Source: an uncultured Burkholderiaceae bacterium (lineage in GTDB: Bacteria > Pseudomonadota > Gammaproteobacteria > Burkholderiales > Burkholderiaceae_B). From it: 64,000 nucleotides of DNA. This document shows, one piece after another, positions 62,739 through 64,000 of the stretch. The stretch is from contig CAWUWN010000006.1 in the NCBI GenBank assembly GCA_963926265.1, positions 13,268-77,267 of the forward strand, in the 5' to 3' direction. Position 1 is the stretch's first letter. Every line of letters begins with the position of its first letter. A model generated the notes under the pieces. It worked only from the letters and a program-made list of their open reading frames with translations, ran no database searches and had not been told where the DNA came from. Position numbers and translations under genes: made by a program.

Positions 62739-63797
62739 TCAAGCGGTTAGTACGGCTCGACCAGTGACCTTGCCTTGACGCAACGACGCGAGCACCTTGT
62801 CCGCGTCGGCAAGAGGGTGTTTATGAACAGGGATGGGCGTGATCTTGTTGTCTTTGACAAGCTGCAATAGCTCTTTGAGTTCGTCCAGAGAGCCTGTATA
62901 GCTGCCGAGAATCTGAAGGGCTTTCATCGGAATAAAGGCAATTGGCCAAGACGCGCCGCCGCCAAACAAACCGACAATGACGAGCTTACCCCCCTTGATC
63001 AGAATGTCAAAGCCCAAGGCTGTCGTAGCAGGCGCACCCACCAGATCGATCATCGCTTGCACCAATTTTCCGCCATTGGCCTGGATGATTTGTTGCGCGG
63101 CATCTGGTGCGGCACCGTCCACGACCGCAAGCGCACCTGCTTCTAAGGCCGCCTGACGTTTGGCAGGATCGATATCCACCACAATCGCACCGACACCATT
63201 TAATGCCTTTACCAAGGCTAGACACATCAAGCCCAGTCCTCCTGCACCCATAATTACGATAGGGTGTTTCTGATAGAGGCTGGCACCAACTTTGTTGAGT
63301 GCACTGTAGGTGGTGAGGCCTGAACATGCATAAGGGGCGATCTCGGCCGGGTCCAAGTCACCGATATCGATCAGGTAGCGTGGATGTGGCACAAGCAGGT
63401 GGTCGGCATAACCTCCTGGGCGCTGCACGCCGAGATATTGCGGGCTGGAACAATGATTTTCGAGACCATCTAGGCAAGCAGGACATTGGCGGCAACCAAT
63501 CCACGGATAGACCAAATAGTTGCGACCTTTTTCAACACCCTTAGCCTCAGGACCTAACGCCACGACAGTGCCTGCGGTCTCATGTCCCATCGTCATCGGT
63601 AACTTGATACCACGATCCTTGAGTAAAAGGCTGCGACCATTGCCGAGGTCGTAGCTACCTTCCCAAAAGTGGATATCACTATGGCAGACGCCCGCGGCGC
63701 GGACTTGTACCAAGACTTGTGTGCCTGTTGGCGTGGGAGTTTCCATTTCCATCAAACCGAGCGGTTCTTTGAAATTCATTACGCAATAACATTTCAT
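62739..63797 (-). CDS. Zinc-dependent alcohol dehydrogenase (MDR family, NAD-preferring)
   Basis: CHSD, GHE, structural Zn CRQCPAC..C, GAGGLG, VDID; SD AGGAG upstream. Confidence 0.93.
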   Translation of the reverse strand: MKCYCVMNFKEPLGLMEMETPTPTGTQVLVQVRAAGVCHSDIHFWEGSYDLGNGRSLLLKDRGIKLPMTMGHETAGTVVALGPEAKGVEKGRNYLVYPWIGCRQCPACLDGLENHCSSPQYLGVQRPGGYADHLLVPHPRYLIDIGDLDPAEIAPYACSGLTTYSALNKVGASLYQKHPIVIMGAGGLGLMCLALVKALNGVGAIVVDIDPAKRQAALEAGALAVVDGAAPDAAQQIIQANGGKLVQAMIDLVGAPATTALGFDILIKGGKLVIVGLFGGGASWPIAFIPMKALQILGSYTGSLDELKELLQLVKDNKITPIPVHKHPLADADKVLASLRQGKVTGRAVLTA

Positions 63798-63825
63798 GTT
63801 TTAAGCTCCTGTCGTGCTGTAGTCT

Positions 63826-64000
63826 TTACATCACCAGTTCAATCAGTCGGGGGCCCTTTTCTTTGGCAGAAACGCGCAAGGCATCCGCAAAACCCTCAAG
63901 CGTGCTGACTTGAACGCCTGGGACACCATGCCCGCGCGCGATCGAAACCCAATCTAAAAATGGCCGATCGAGATCGAGCATACGGCGTGCGTTTTCACCG
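63826..64000 (-). CDS. C-terminal end of a thiamine-diphosphate enzyme (acetolactate synthase-like/2-oxoacid decarboxylase family); truncated by the window end
   Basis: Hand translation: GENARRMLDLDRPFLDWVSIARGHGVPGVQVSTLEGFADALRVSAKEKGPRLIELVM*, the typical TPP_enzyme_C tail; not in the ORF track. Confidence 0.75.
   Translation of the reverse strand, partial: GENARRMLDLDRPFLDWVSIARGHGVPGVQVSTLEGFADALRVSAKEKGPRLIELVM

Overview
Core-genome segment of a betaproteobacterium, most likely Alcaligenaceae (Bordetella/Achromobacter relatives). The main evidence is a response regulator that closely resembles Bordetella RisA as I recall it, together with the gene order. The window is densely coding and I found no CRISPR array, integrase, transposase, prophage gene, rRNA or complete tRNA. 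Gene order: serB(partial)-mfd | ispD-ispF | risS-risA | tsaB::rimI fusion-udg | lplT | smc-zipA-ligA | msrB-yciB-bolA-PPIase | bioMNY | LIV-type ABC transporter | fdxA-fpr-phaZ-rnfB-like-nth | pncB-Rid-relA-trpB-trpA-accD | rne | rluC-HAD-msrPQ | maf-methyltransferase-amidase | yceD-rpmF-plsX-fabHDG-acpP-fabF-(YgfX-like)-rpoE-rseA-rseB-degP-lepA-lepB-rnc-era-recO | ADH and the 3' end of a ThDP enzyme. I cannot support a large novel system here. The best leads are smaller: a 10-bp-phased repeat array upstream of risA, an orphan soluble RnfB-like ferredoxin translationally coupled between phaZ and nth, a YgfX-like membrane gene linking fabF to rpoE, a 622-nt structured rne/rluC intergenic region, a perfect palindrome over the predicted ispD -35, and a tRNA-like 13-mer in the trpB leader. 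All calls come from motif recognition by eye; no database search was run.
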